From positions 1 through 43,283 of the forward strand of contig JASLOB010000014.1 of the NCBI GenBank assembly GCA_030745695.1: a stretch of 43,283 bases of DNA. Direction: 5' to 3'. The translations under genes were made by a program, and so were the position numbers. Below the pieces are notes generated by a model. The model searched no databases. It had not been told where the DNA came from and saw only the letters and a list, made by a program, of their open reading frames with translations. This DNA is from Candidatus Nanoarchaeia archaeon. Its GTDB lineage: Archaea; Nanobdellota; Nanobdellia; SCGC-AAA011-G17; JACPNG01. Shown here piece after piece: positions 18,225-28,578 of this stretch (positions are counted from its first letter, which is position 1; every line of letters begins with the position of its first letter).

Positions 18225-19404
18225 CTTTCCAAATATTATCTAATCTTAAAATTTTTATAACATCACTAATAATTCTAGATTCAAAATCTATTTTAGTTTC
18301 TCCATCTTCTCTTTCTCTTGATAATAGATTCATTAATTCATTACTAAATTTGATATCATTTAGATTAGAATTCTTTAAATTTTCTATTAATATTTTAGTT
18401 TCAATTTCTTCTACAGTCCCCCCTATTTTAGGAGCTTCAAATTCTTTACTTTCTAATTTATTTGTATTTCTTAATATTGAATAAGCATTAGCTTTTTGTG
18501 TTATCTCTCTAAAATTTATATCTGAAGGTTTGCCTGAACTTAAAGTACCTTCAATTCTTATTGTTATAATTTTATCTTCAACATCTTTTAAATTATCAAT
18601 TAATTCTTTTTCAATTTGAGAAGGAATTTGATTATTAGCATCAATTAACAAAGAACTAACTTCTTTTATTTTAATAGAGATGTGTTTAGTTATATTATTT
18701 GTTACATCTACTATAAAGAAACCTCCTTGTTTCAACTCTTCCAATTCTTTAAAATTATTAGGAAATAATGGTCCAGGATAAGCAATAGTTCCATAACCTT
18801 CATGTTGTTTAGCATAAACAAAATGTGGGTGTCCTCCAGCATAATAATTAAAGTTTTTAGGAAGTAAAAACATAGAATAAGCTTCTACATTCTCTAAATC
18901 TCTTGGTTTCAACTCTTCTAATAAAGCATGAAACATAAAAATTTTATATCCAGATTCTTTTTCTAATGATTCTTTATTCAACATTAAATAATCTTGTTTT
19001 TCTAACCCCCTTCTTCTCCCATACAATCCAGTTATTTTTACATTTGTTTTGTCTATAGTAAATTCTAAATTATTATCTTTTAATTTCATTACATTTTCTA
19101 ATAATCCAGCTTTTTCTAGAACATCTAACATTGTTTTTCCAGAAACAGAATAATCATGACTTCCAGGAATTACATAAACTGAAATGTTTAAATCATGGGC
19201 TTTTCTTAATGTATCTGCTACTTCTTTTATCAACTCAATATCTGGCAGAGATGTATTGAATAAATCTCCAGCTATTAGTATAAATCCTACATTTTCTTTT
19301 ATAGATTGAAAGATTGCTTCTTTAAAATGTAAAATACTTAATTTTTTTAATTCTGGTTCCCTCCAACCTCCAACATGACAATCAGCTATATGTGAAAATT
19401 TCAT
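18214..19404 (-). CDS. mre11: Mre11 nuclease
   Basis: HIADCHVG, AGDLF, PGSHD, FH, GGHPH, YPGP; overlaps rad50. Confidence 0.93.
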   Translation of the reverse strand: MKFSHIADCHVGGWREPELKKLSILHFKEAIFQSIKENVGFILIAGDLFNTSLPDIELIKEVADTLRKAHDLNISVYVIPGSHDYSVSGKTMLDVLEKAGLLENVMKLKDNNLEFTIDKTNVKITGLYGRRRGLEKQDYLMLNKESLEKESGYKIFMFHALLEELKPRDLENVEAYSMFLLPKNFNYYAGGHPHFVYAKQHEGYGTIAYPGPLFPNNFKELEELKQGGFFIVDVTNNITKHISIKIKEVSSLLIDANNQIPSQIEKELIDNLKDVEDKIITIRIEGTLSSGKPSDINFREITQKANAYSILRNTNKLESKEFEAPKIGGTVEEIETKILIENLKNSNLNDIKFSNELMNLLSREREDGETKIDFESRIISDVIKILRLDNIWKDVT

Positions 19405-19501
19405 AACTTTAAACTAAGCTAAGAATTTATAAAAATTGATATGATTTAATATGATAGTTTAAATTAAAGAATAAAAAATTCATAATTCTATTATAAATAA
19501 T

Positions 19502-19747
19502 TTATCTTACAAATTTAACAGAATTTTTTTCTAAACTACAATCATTAATATCTAAAAGTTCATCTTCTTTATGGGTAAAGGAGACTATTTTGGAAATACT
19601 TGGATTTAAAGTTGCTAAATTTTTACTTTCATTATAACGTGATTTAGAATCACTCTTAAAAATTACTTTCATGAATAAATCAACTTTTTTATCTCCAATA
19701 TTTTCTACACTTAATTTATCTTTGCATGTGCTTATTAGTAATATCAT
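19502..19747 (-). CDS. hypothetical protein, possibly a gene remnant
   Basis: 81-aa ORF coupled by an ATGA overlap to the upstream zinc-ribbon gene. Confidence 0.4.
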   Translation of the reverse strand: MILLISTCKDKLSVENIGDKKVDLFMKVIFKSDSKSRYNESKNLATLNPSISKIVSFTHKEDELLDINDCSLEKNSVKFVR

Positions 19748-19971
19748 TTTATTTTTACCACCTTTTTCAATAATATTTCAACTACCTCAGAAGGAGATTT
19801 ATTTTTAAGTTCTGATGTAGTTGCATAATCTGGAACAGGGATTTTTAGAGGATCTTCTTTTTTCTCAACATCAACTTTATCTTGTTTCTTAGTAAAACTA
19901 GATTTATATCCACATTCTGGACAAAACTTAAACTCTTTTTTTAAACTTGCTTCACAATTATAACACTTCAT
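19744..19971 (-). CDS. small zinc-ribbon protein
   Basis: CYNC..FCPECG. Confidence 0.8.
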   Translation of the reverse strand: MKCYNCEASLKKEFKFCPECGYKSSFTKKQDKVDVEKKEDPLKIPVPDYATTSELKNKSPSEVVEILLKKVVKIK

Positions 19972-20154
19972 TTTCCTATATTTTTTTAAATAAAAAGAGA
20001 TATATAACTCTTTTCAATCCATAAGAAACTTTAATTTATGAATAATTCTATATGTCACTACTACTAAATAAGTAAAATAGTAATATTTATAAATAGGTAA
20101 ATTAGACTATATGATAGTAAGATAATCATATTTTAAGATTTATGGAAGAATAAA

Positions 20155-20295
20155 ATGGTAGAATATTGTTGTATTGAAGGATGTGAAAGAAATCCAGAAT
20201 ACTCTATTAGATGGGAAGAATTAAGAATAGTTATGGATTCTCCAGTATATCAAGAATTAGTAAAAACAGGAGAGTTAAGAGTAAGAGAAGAGTAG
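20155..20295 (+). CDS. small hypothetical protein (46 aa, not in ORF track)
   Basis: MVEYCCIEGCERNPEY...; TATA-like TTTATAAA upstream. Confidence 0.4.
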   Translation: MVEYCCIEGCERNPEYSIRWEELRIVMDSPVYQELVKTGELRVREE

Positions 20296-20310
20296 TTCTA
20301 TATCATTAAG

Positions 20311-20505
20311 ATGTCAAGAGTTATGCAATCAATTGAAGAATTGAAATTAGAAGGAATAGAAGAACATCTTAGATACTCAAGAGAAGTAGAAGATGCAAAT
20401 GAGGGGTGGGATAACTTATTTTTGAACATTCTAGCTTTACCAAATGAACAACTTAGATCAAGCTATTTTCATAGATTAAATAAAGAAAGAGGTTATAGAA
20501 ATTAA
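20311..20505 (+). CDS. small hypothetical protein
   Basis: 64-aa ORF co-oriented with neighbours. Confidence 0.5.
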   Translation: MSRVMQSIEELKLEGIEEHLRYSREVEDANEGWDNLFLNILALPNEQLRSSYFHRLNKERGYRN

Positions 20506-20509
20506 AAAA

Positions 20510-21046
20510 ATGAAAAATAAGATTATAATTTTGTTGTTATTAAGCTTAGTATTTGTTAGTAGTTGTAGCTTAGGATTAGAGGGCATTACAGGAAGAGTTG
20601 TATTAGAAAATACTTTAAATGAAGAAGAAGAAAATGAAAGATTAGAACTTATTGAAGAATTAGATAGATTACTTGAAGAAATAAATTCTCCATTTATAGA
20701 CCTAGAAACTAGAGAAAATAAACATATTTTTAATTTTTTGCTACCTAAAAGATCTGGAACTTATGCTCCTTATTATGAAGTATATGATCAACCAATAAAA
20801 ATTGATTATGAAATAGAAAGTGATTGGATTGTTTCAATTTATTTTTTAAAATCTGAAGAAGATTGGAGAAAAAGTACTAAATTAGATGGTGTTGAAGAAA
20901 ACTTTGAATTTTTTTGTGAAAGTAGAGGAAAAAAATTAAAAGGAAGTTGTGAAATTGATTCAGGAGGTTTTGGAATAATTAATTCAGGAAGTAATATAAT
21001 TAATGTTAGTATGAACTTAACTATAGCCCCAATCAATAAAGAATAA
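20510..21046 (+). CDS. putative lipoprotein
   Basis: signal peptide ending FVSSC, followed by GITGRVV. Confidence 0.7.
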   Translation: MKNKIIILLLLSLVFVSSCSLGLEGITGRVVLENTLNEEEENERLELIEELDRLLEEINSPFIDLETRENKHIFNFLLPKRSGTYAPYYEVYDQPIKIDYEIESDWIVSIYFLKSEEDWRKSTKLDGVEENFEFFCESRGKKLKGSCEIDSGGFGIINSGSNIINVSMNLTIAPINKE

Positions 21047-21049
21047 AAA

Positions 21050-21271
21050 ATGAAACTTAAAGACTCTAAATTAGAAAAAGCCATGGAAACTCTTATTATA
21101 AGGAATATTCAAAGAGAGATTGAAGGTTTAGTTTACAACCCTGGTTGAAAAAATGAAGGTGGTCTGTTAGGTATTAGGATAGCTAATTTGAAAGAAAATG
21201 GAAATAAAGCTAAATATTTTGATATGTTAAGATATAGATATGACTCTTTAGAAGCAAACAAAGGTTTATAA
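21050..21271 (+). pseudogene. small ORF interrupted by in-frame TGA
   Basis: MKLKDSKLEK...YNPG*KNEGG...NKGL*; internal TGA at 21146-21148. Confidence 0.45.
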
Positions 21272-21371
21272 ACAGTAAATACAAAATAGTAAGATAAGGT
21301 ACAGTGAGAGAGCACTTGTAAACAACATTTCGCTTTTTCTTTAAGGTGCTTAAAATATAAGAGATAGAAAA

Positions 21372-22688
21372 ATGAAATTTGAAGATTTTAAATTAGATAA
21401 AGATTTGTTAAAAAACATTAACGATCTAAAATTTGTAGAACCAACACAAATACAAGAAAAATCCATCCCCCATATACTTGAAGGGAAAGATGTAGTTGGA
21501 GAATCAGCAACTGGATCTGGAAAAACATTAGCTTTTGGTTGTGGAGTTCTAAAAAAAGTTTCTCCAAAAAAAGGATTACAAGGATTAATATTAACTCCAA
21601 CAAGAGAATTAGCAGAACAAGTAAAAGAATCTATAAAAAATTTAGCAAGACACACTCATCTGAATATTATTTCTATATATGGTGGGGTAGACATAAAAAA
21701 ACAAATTTATAATCTTCCAAAAGCAGAAATTGTTATTGCGACTCCTGGAAGATTACTTGATCATTTAAAAAGAAAAACTGTTGATCTATCTAAAGTTAAC
21801 ATATTAGTTTTAGATGAATGTGATAGGATGTTTGATATGGGATTTAAAGAGGATATAGAACAGATTATTAGAAAATGTCCAAAAGAAAGACAATCTTTAT
21901 TCTTCTCAGCAACTATATCTTCAGAAATAAAAAAATTAGCTAATAATTATTCAAATAATCCAATTAGAGTATCAGCTAAAATAATGGTAGATCCTGAAAA
22001 ACTTAAACAAGTTTATTACAATACTCCTAGAAACATGAAGTTATCTTTACTTGTCCAATTATTGGAGATGGAGAAATCTGGGTTGGTAATGGTATTTTGT
22101 AATACTAGAAGAAATGTTGATTTTGTGGTTAAAAATCTCAAAGTAAATAATATTAAAGCAATAGCAATTCATGGTGGGATGGCTCAAAATAAGAGAAACA
22201 ACACTATTGAGATGTTTAATGGAAATAAATTTGGAGTACTAGTTTGCACGGATGTTGCAGCAAGAGGATTACATATTGATAATGTTTCTCATATCTATAA
22301 TTATGATATTCCAAGAGATCCAAAAGATTATGTTCATAGAATTGGAAGAACAGCAAGAGCTGGTGAGGAAGGAAAAGTAGTTAATTTACTAGCAGAAGAT
22401 CATTTTGGTAATTTTTCTTTGATAAAAAGAAATTATCCTAATTTTGATATTAAAAAAATGGGAAACATTCATGTTAAAAAAATTAAGTCATTAAGAACAG
22501 ATAACTTTCAAAAATTTGGTTCTAGAGGAAGAAGTAATTTTAGAAGATCAAATTCTAGGGGAAATTTTAGAAGAAATAATGATAGAAAAGATGATTCTAG
22601 GAGAAATTTTAGAAAAGGTAATGATGAAAGAAATGATTCTAGAAGATTTCAAAGAAGAACTACAACCCAAAGTCATAGAAGAAGATAA
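21372..22688 (+). CDS. DEAD-box RNA helicase
   Basis: Q motif PTQIQ, ATGSGKT, PTRELA, TPGR, DECD, SAT, ARGL, HRIGRTAR; Arg-rich repetitive tail. Confidence 0.96.
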   Translation: MKFEDFKLDKDLLKNINDLKFVEPTQIQEKSIPHILEGKDVVGESATGSGKTLAFGCGVLKKVSPKKGLQGLILTPTRELAEQVKESIKNLARHTHLNIISIYGGVDIKKQIYNLPKAEIVIATPGRLLDHLKRKTVDLSKVNILVLDECDRMFDMGFKEDIEQIIRKCPKERQSLFFSATISSEIKKLANNYSNNPIRVSAKIMVDPEKLKQVYYNTPRNMKLSLLVQLLEMEKSGLVMVFCNTRRNVDFVVKNLKVNNIKAIAIHGGMAQNKRNNTIEMFNGNKFGVLVCTDVAARGLHIDNVSHIYNYDIPRDPKDYVHRIGRTARAGEEGKVVNLLAEDHFGNFSLIKRNYPNFDIKKMGNIHVKKIKSLRTDNFQKFGSRGRSNFRRSNSRGNFRRNNDRKDDSRRNFRKGNDERNDSRRFQRRTTTQSHRRR

Positions 22689-22721
22689 TAAATAATCTTA
22701 TTAATTCTTAAATCATTTTTA

Positions 22722-22874
22722 GGTGTTTCAGTTATATCATGGTCTATGTTTATAGTAATGTCATCATTATGGTTGGTTTAGGAGATATTACATAAAGCAA
22801 AGCCAATAATACTTGCCACCTCACTTTCTATTGTACTTCAAGGATTAATTGTTCTAGGTGTTTTACTTAACTAA
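22722..22874 (+). pseudogene. 3' relic of a SemiSWEET/PQ-loop-like membrane protein
   Basis: GVSVISWSMFIVMSSLWLV*EILHKAKPIILATSLSIVLQGLIVLGVLLN; no start, internal TAG 22779-22781. Confidence 0.6.
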
Positions 22875-22937
22875 AGAAAAGTTTATAAAATTTGTATAAT
22901 GTTAAATATTGAGTAAGATAAAACAAGGAGGAATAAA

Positions 22938-23120
22938 ATGCAACAACAAAATCCAACATCTAATGTAAACCAACAAGTTAACCCTACAACTATGAATTCT
23001 ACTCAAAGTAAAACACAAGTAGTAGACTCTCCAAAAAAAGAAAATTGGATTGTTTATGGATTAATAGTTTTAGGTGTAATTATAATTACATTTGGGGTAT
23101 ATTGGTTTTTTTTAAGATAA
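22938..23120 (+). CDS. small tail-anchored membrane protein
   Basis: strong SD AGGAGG, Q/N/T-rich N-term, C-terminal TM. Confidence 0.7.
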   Translation: MQQQNPTSNVNQQVNPTTMNSTQSKTQVVDSPKKENWIVYGLIVLGVIIITFGVYWFFLR

Positions 23121-23124
23121 TAAG

Positions 23125-23331
23125 ATGGAAAAAGAGATTACATTAGAAGCGGAGAAAAAATATAGTATTTGTACTTGTGGTAAAAGTAAAGTTATTCCTT
23201 TTTGTGATAATACTCATAGAGAATTAAATGAAAAAACTGGTTGTAGTTATAAATCATTAAAGATAACACCTAAAAAAAAGATTATTATTACTCTATCTTC
23301 AAGTAATTGGGAGGATAAAGAAGAAAACTAA
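23125..23331 (+). CDS. CDGSH iron-sulfur domain protein
   Basis: CTCGKSKVIPFCDNTH. Confidence 0.92.
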   Translation: MEKEITLEAEKKYSICTCGKSKVIPFCDNTHRELNEKTGCSYKSLKITPKKKIIITLSSSNWEDKEEN

Positions 23332-23335
23332 AATC

Positions 23336-23563
23336 TTAATTATTAATTGAATATATAAATAATATTAATGAAATGATTAAAAAGATAACACCTAAATAGG
23401 GATAATGCTTCTTATCTCTTTCTAAATTATATTTGATATAAGATGTAATGTGTAATTTTTTAGCTAAATAAAATGATAATTTCCAAGCTTTTTCTGGAAT
23501 GATTAAAAAAGATAAACCTGCTACAAGAAAAATGCCTGATCTAATTAAATTAATATTATCCAT
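23336..23563 (-). CDS. small membrane protein (2 TM)
   Basis: two hydrophobic segments. Confidence 0.65.
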   Translation of the reverse strand: MDNINLIRSGIFLVAGLSFLIIPEKAWKLSFYLAKKLHITSYIKYNLERDKKHYPYLGVIFLIISLILFIYSINN

Positions 23564-23615
23564 ACTATATTAAATAGTTAGATATATTTATAATCTCTCC
23601 TCTTCTAAAAATAAT

Positions 23616-24356
23616 ATGAAAACAAAATTTACTATATTCATAATATTCTTATTATTAATTTCAACAGTAGAAGCAGTTGATTATCCAAAATTAAATGAGT
23701 TTGTAACAGATAATGCAAATTTAATTTCTCCAGAAGATGAACAAAAGATTATTGAGATAGCTAAAAAAATAGAAAAAGAAACTAGTGTAGAGATAGCAAT
23801 AGTAACTATAAAATCATTAGAAGGGTTAGATAAAGAACAATATGCTTTGGAATTATTTGAACAAGCTGGAATTGGAAAAGAAGACAAAGATAATGGATTA
23901 TTAATATTAGTAGCAATAGAAGAAAGAGAATATAGAGTAGAAGTAGGTTATGGATTGGAAGGATTGATTCCAGATAGCTCTAAAGTAACTATAGGAACAA
24001 GAATTTTAGAACCAAATTTCAAAGAAGATGAATTTGGAAAAGGAATTTATGAATCCTTAATAATTATTCAAGATATATTAGGAGGTGAAGGAGAGATATT
24101 ATCAAGATATCAATCAACTTATACAACTAATAGAAGAGGAATTAGTCCAATAACTTATATTTATTTGATATTTTTCATTATTTCGATTACAGGTAGTCTA
24201 TTTGGAAAAAAAGGAAGAAGACATGGATTTTTATTCTTTCCTTTAATCATTCCAGGTGGTGGATGGAATGGAGGAACCGGGGGCTTTGGATCAAGTGGAT
24301 TTGGAGGTTTTGGTGGGGGAATTTCAGGTGGAGGAGGTTTCGGAGGGAACTTTTAA
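23616..24356 (+). CDS. TPM-domain (YgcG-like) membrane protein
   Basis: VTDNANLIS, DNGLLILVA, RVEVGYGLEG, Gly-rich tail FGGGISGGGG. Confidence 0.93.
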   Translation: MKTKFTIFIIFLLLISTVEAVDYPKLNEFVTDNANLISPEDEQKIIEIAKKIEKETSVEIAIVTIKSLEGLDKEQYALELFEQAGIGKEDKDNGLLILVAIEEREYRVEVGYGLEGLIPDSSKVTIGTRILEPNFKEDEFGKGIYESLIIIQDILGGEGEILSRYQSTYTTNRRGISPITYIYLIFFIISITGSLFGKKGRRHGFLFFPLIIPGGGWNGGTGGFGSSGFGGFGGGISGGGGFGGNF

Positions 24357-24386
24357 AAATTTTAATATATACATAAAGGAGTAAAA

Positions 24387-25025
24387 ATGGAAGATACAAT
24401 ACAAAATTTAAAAAAAATATTAAAAGAAAATCTGATTACTGTAGCTGAATATGGTAAAAAAGATAAAACTCACTTAATAATTCTAGAAAAATTAGATGCT
24501 AGTATATTAAATGAAGTTAAACAAGAAATAAAAACCTATCATAAAAAAACAAAGAAATATCCATTATTATTAACAAAAGAAGAATTAACTGATGGATTAG
24601 ATGTATTTCCATTAGAATTTCTAAATATTAAGTTAAATCATAAGATATTATATGGTGGGGGAATACTAAAAAATCTAAAATTTGAGAAAAAATTTGTACG
24701 AAGAGAGTTAGAATTTGAATTTAGATCAAAATTAATAAATTTAAGACAAGGTTATTTAGAAGTTGAAAATAAAAAACAATATAAAATAATAATAGAAAAA
24801 GCCATTCCAACATTACTACCAATACTAAATGGATTGTTATTTTTAAAAGATGTAGACATTCCAGAATCACAAGATGAAATATTCAATTTAGTATCTGAAA
24901 AGTATAAAGTAGACATAAGTATATTGAAAAATTTAGAAACTTTAACTAATGAAGAAGAGTCAATTAAAGATCTAATAAATTTACTCTCAGAATTAGGAGA
25001 GACATTAGATGAAATGAACATATGA
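24387..25025 (+). CDS. nucleotidyltransferase-fold protein associated with LemA/TPM
   Basis: DVFPLEFLNIK..ILYG, LINLRQGYL; lies between TPM and LemA genes. Confidence 0.65.
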   Translation: MEDTIQNLKKILKENLITVAEYGKKDKTHLIILEKLDASILNEVKQEIKTYHKKTKKYPLLLTKEELTDGLDVFPLEFLNIKLNHKILYGGGILKNLKFEKKFVRRELEFEFRSKLINLRQGYLEVENKKQYKIIIEKAIPTLLPILNGLLFLKDVDIPESQDEIFNLVSEKYKVDISILKNLETLTNEEESIKDLINLLSELGETLDEMNI

Positions 25026-25059
25026 GTATATTTAAAAACTAAGAAATAACAAAAATAAG

Positions 25060-25653
25060 ATGAGAAGAATGAAGAAAAACACTAAGATTATAATTGGTGT
25101 AGTATCATTTGTATTAATCTTAACTTTTTGGTATGTTGGAATTTATAATAGTTTGATTACTTTAGATGAAACAGTAAATGAAAAATGGGCTCAAGTAGAG
25201 AACCAATACCAAAGAAGAGCAGATTTAATTCCTAATTTAATAAACACAGTTACTGGAGCAAGAGATTTTGAAGCAGAAACTCAAGCTGAAATAGCAAGAT
25301 TAAGAACTCAAGCAACTCAAATTAAAAATGATGTAGCTAAAGGTTTAGCTCCTAGTCAATTAAATCAAATGGATAGTAGAATGGGTTCTGTTTTAAGTGG
25401 ATTAAATATAGTTGTAGAAGCATATCCAAATTTAAAAGCAACTGAGAACTTCTTAGCTTTACAATCTCAATTAGAAGGAACAGAAAATAGAATATCAACA
25501 GAAAGAATGAGATATAATGAAGCTGTAAAATTATTCAATATTAAGATAAAAAGAATTCCAAGTAAATGGGTAGCATCCCAATTAGGCTATGTAGATAAAG
25601 AATTCTATGAAATTGAAGAAGGAACTGAAGAAGTCCCATTAGTTGAATTTTAG
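25060..25653 (+). CDS. lemA: LemA family protein
   Basis: WAQVENQYQRRADLIPNL, EAYPNLKA, LEGTENRI. Confidence 0.96.
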   Translation: MRRMKKNTKIIIGVVSFVLILTFWYVGIYNSLITLDETVNEKWAQVENQYQRRADLIPNLINTVTGARDFEAETQAEIARLRTQATQIKNDVAKGLAPSQLNQMDSRMGSVLSGLNIVVEAYPNLKATENFLALQSQLEGTENRISTERMRYNEAVKLFNIKIKRIPSKWVASQLGYVDKEFYEIEEGTEEVPLVEF

Positions 25654-25704
25654 TTTTTATTCTTTATAGTAAAGTTATTAAGTTTTTCATTTTTAGAGAT
25701 TATT

Positions 25705-26916
25705 ATGCAAGAAAGAGTAACAAAAGCAGTAATAACAGCAAGCTACAATGATGATGGCAAAGAAAGTCCTATTAGAGATAAAGTTATGTATCAAGCACAA
25801 AAAGAAAGAGAAAAAGGCTATAAATTTCTTAATCATCTTATTTTAAGGGACACTAAAGACCATAGAGTTACTAAATTTAATCTTTTATTAGCTGAAATCC
25901 CTATAATCTCTCATGTTTTGTATAACGCATCTAGAACCTCTTTAGAAGAAATAACAGTTGTAGGAGATGAAGTAACAAAAACTAATGTAGGGGCTTTCTC
26001 AGAATATTTTAAAGATTCAAGATTTAGATATGTTGATGAAGGTCCTCCAGAAGAATGGAAACTTTCAGAAACATTAAGAAAAGGAGATTCTGGAGGTCAA
26101 GTAGTATTAACTTTAATGGGTGATTTGCCTTTAGCATGGAACCTAGAACATATTTTACATGACCCAGACATCCCTAACTATGATGCAATTTTTGATCTTA
26201 ATACTAAAAGAAAAGTTGGAAAACATTTTCCAAGATACTACCATTTTAGGATAAGACATAAAGGAGTTAACTGGCTTGCAAAAGAACCCAATCTTTATTT
26301 AATGGACATAGGAAAGATAGAATATGTAGCAGATTTAATGTATAGTGGTAGAAAAACTAATATGGGTGAAGGGAGATGGAAACTATTTGAAAAATTATTT
26401 ATTGAAAATGGTAAGTGGAAAATTACATTAGATGGATTGGGTAAAGTATATTCAGCTCAAATAGCTTTTAATTTAATAGCAGGAAGAGAACTACTTTTAA
26501 AACCAGAAAAAATTCAAAAAGTAATAAATGATTTAGCTGGTATAAAAACAAGATTTAAAGCAGACAATAATCAACCAGGAACATTAGAAGATATAGATTC
26601 TTTAGAAGACTGGGCTTATATTTATGATATGTTGTCAGAAGCAAAAGATAAATATTATCCTTATTTTTCAAAATTAAGAAAATTTTCAGAAGATGTTATG
26701 CCTGAACTTAAAAGAAAACATGAATTTTATTATGGTTTTAAGGATTATATGAATTCTTTATTTAAAGAATATGATCTTCTAGAGCCTTTTGTTAGGAAGG
26801 GTGTATTTGAAAATCCATTTACCTCCAATAAAATAGACTCTTCTACAAGGAATAGAGTAAAAAGAATGATGAAACTTAATATTTTAGCCCATGGAAGATA
26901 TAATAGAAGATTTTAG
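25705..26916 (+). CDS. divergent NTP-transferase (GT-A/MobA-like) superfamily protein
   Basis: IPIISHVL, MGDLPL, KEPNLYL, DIDSLEDW. Confidence 0.55.
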   Translation: MQERVTKAVITASYNDDGKESPIRDKVMYQAQKEREKGYKFLNHLILRDTKDHRVTKFNLLLAEIPIISHVLYNASRTSLEEITVVGDEVTKTNVGAFSEYFKDSRFRYVDEGPPEEWKLSETLRKGDSGGQVVLTLMGDLPLAWNLEHILHDPDIPNYDAIFDLNTKRKVGKHFPRYYHFRIRHKGVNWLAKEPNLYLMDIGKIEYVADLMYSGRKTNMGEGRWKLFEKLFIENGKWKITLDGLGKVYSAQIAFNLIAGRELLLKPEKIQKVINDLAGIKTRFKADNNQPGTLEDIDSLEDWAYIYDMLSEAKDKYYPYFSKLRKFSEDVMPELKRKHEFYYGFKDYMNSLFKEYDLLEPFVRKGVFENPFTSNKIDSSTRNRVKRMMKLNILAHGRYNRRF

Positions 26917-27031
26917 AAGAAGATAAATATTTATATTAAGAAAATTAATGGAAATTGTGAGGGAATTTAGAAAATGAATGGAAAAAACTAAAATTAAAAA
27001 GAAAACATTATTCTTAAAAATTTAATTTATT

Positions 27032-28357
27032 CTAAACAACAACACTCTTTCCATTACTCATGATCTTAACTTCTTTTTTAGAATATCCAATATCAAAAGC
27101 TAAAGAAGCTAAATTATTTAATTTTTCGCTGGGACCATGAGCAGGAATAATATTTTGAGGCTTGATCATATTAATTAAATCTCTTAAATCTTCTCTATAA
27201 GCATGACCACTTGAATGAACGTCTTTAAACACTCTAACATGTTGATTTTTTAAATTTCTTTCTAACTCTCCTCTATTCTTTAGATTAATTTCAGCTGGAA
27301 TAGTTCTATTTGAAAAAATAACATGATCATCTTTCATAAAATTAAAAGGGAGTTGTTTAGTGGCTAATCTTGTTAATATTGAATTAGGCTCCCCTTGTCC
27401 TCCAGTACATACTATCAAATAATTATCTCTTCCTTGTTTTTCTATTTCAGCTAATTTTCTTTTAACTTGGGCTCCATATCCAACAACATCGCAACTCTTA
27501 GAAAAATTAATAAGTTTAACAGCTTCTGCTGCTTTAATATATTTATTCATAGATCTTCCAAGAAAAACAACTTTTCTATTTAATTTTTGTCCAAATTCAG
27601 CCATAGATTTTAGTCTAGCAATATGAGAAGCAAAACTTGTTGTTATGATAGCATTTCCAGTATTCTCCACCCCTAACATAACATCTTTTAACATCTCTCT
27701 AGCTACTTTCTCACTTGGTGTCTTACCATCTTGATGAGCATATAGAGATTCGACAATTAAAGCTTTTACATTTCCTTTTCCAATTTGTTTTAATCTTTGG
27801 AAATTTGGTTTTTTTTCAATAACTGGGTTGTTATCAAATTTAAAATCATTAGCATATAATATTGTTCCTTCTTTAGTATGTAATGCAACTAATGAAGTTT
27901 GTAAAGTAGAATGAGTAACATGAATAAACTCTAATTCTATATTATTAACTTTGTAAGTAGAATTAGGATTCATCTTTATTAATTTATTTTTTAGATTAAC
28001 TCTTTCATTTTGCAATTCTGATTTTAGAACTTCTAGAGTATATTGGGATCCTATAATTGGAGCATCATAATGAGGAGCTAGATAAGGAACAGCACCTATA
28101 TGATCTAAGTGACAATGTCCAAGAACTATAGCTTTAACTTTATCTTTGTGTTTATTTAGGATATTATCATTAGGAATCGCTCCTAGCTTAATCAAACCCT
28201 CAGTTGTAAGATTTTTTCTCTCTCCACCTTGTTCTTCAAAATCAATTATTGCTGGTAGAAATACACCCATATCTAGAATTATTATGTCATTTCCTATTTT
28301 TACTGCAGACATATTTTTGCCAACTTCACTATAACCTCCAACACTGAAAAATTCCAT
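27032..28357 (-). CDS. rnj: ribonuclease J (archaeal beta-CASP)
   Basis: GGYSEVGKNM, GHCHLDHIG, HSTLQ, NDFKFD, TGGQGEP, HSSGHA, PAHG. Confidence 0.95.
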   Translation of the reverse strand: MEFFSVGGYSEVGKNMSAVKIGNDIIILDMGVFLPAIIDFEEQGGERKNLTTEGLIKLGAIPNDNILNKHKDKVKAIVLGHCHLDHIGAVPYLAPHYDAPIIGSQYTLEVLKSELQNERVNLKNKLIKMNPNSTYKVNNIELEFIHVTHSTLQTSLVALHTKEGTILYANDFKFDNNPVIEKKPNFQRLKQIGKGNVKALIVESLYAHQDGKTPSEKVAREMLKDVMLGVENTGNAIITTSFASHIARLKSMAEFGQKLNRKVVFLGRSMNKYIKAAEAVKLINFSKSCDVVGYGAQVKRKLAEIEKQGRDNYLIVCTGGQGEPNSILTRLATKQLPFNFMKDDHVIFSNRTIPAEINLKNRGELERNLKNQHVRVFKDVHSSGHAYREDLRDLINMIKPQNIIPAHGPSEKLNNLASLAFDIGYSKKEVKIMSNGKSVVV

Positions 28358-28578
28358 TTATATGAAAAAAGAAAAAGGGTTTTTATAGCTATCTATTTAG
28401 ATATAAAAGTTTCACTGAACTCTTCATGTAATAGGCTACCATCTGAACTTAGGAGACTATGTCTATATATTACCCCTTCTCTTTCATCTTCTTCGATGAT
28501 ACGATATAAATTACCTTCTTTATTAGAATAAACAAGTCTTTCAAATCTAGCTTCCTCACAGTACTCTTTCTAAATTCA

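Noticed and set aside
21299..21350. Small hairpin upstream of the DEAD-box helicase
   Set aside because: Short, bulged stem; insufficient to claim a regulatory RNA
22520..22650. Imperfect ~42-bp repeats in the helicase 3' end
   Set aside because: They encode the ordinary Arg-rich low-complexity tail of DEAD-box proteins
21146..22781. Stop-codon reassignment suggested by in-frame TGA (21146) and TAG (22779)
   Set aside because: Conserved genes end normally at TGA (mre11, rad50) and TAG (lemA, rnj) and have no internal stops
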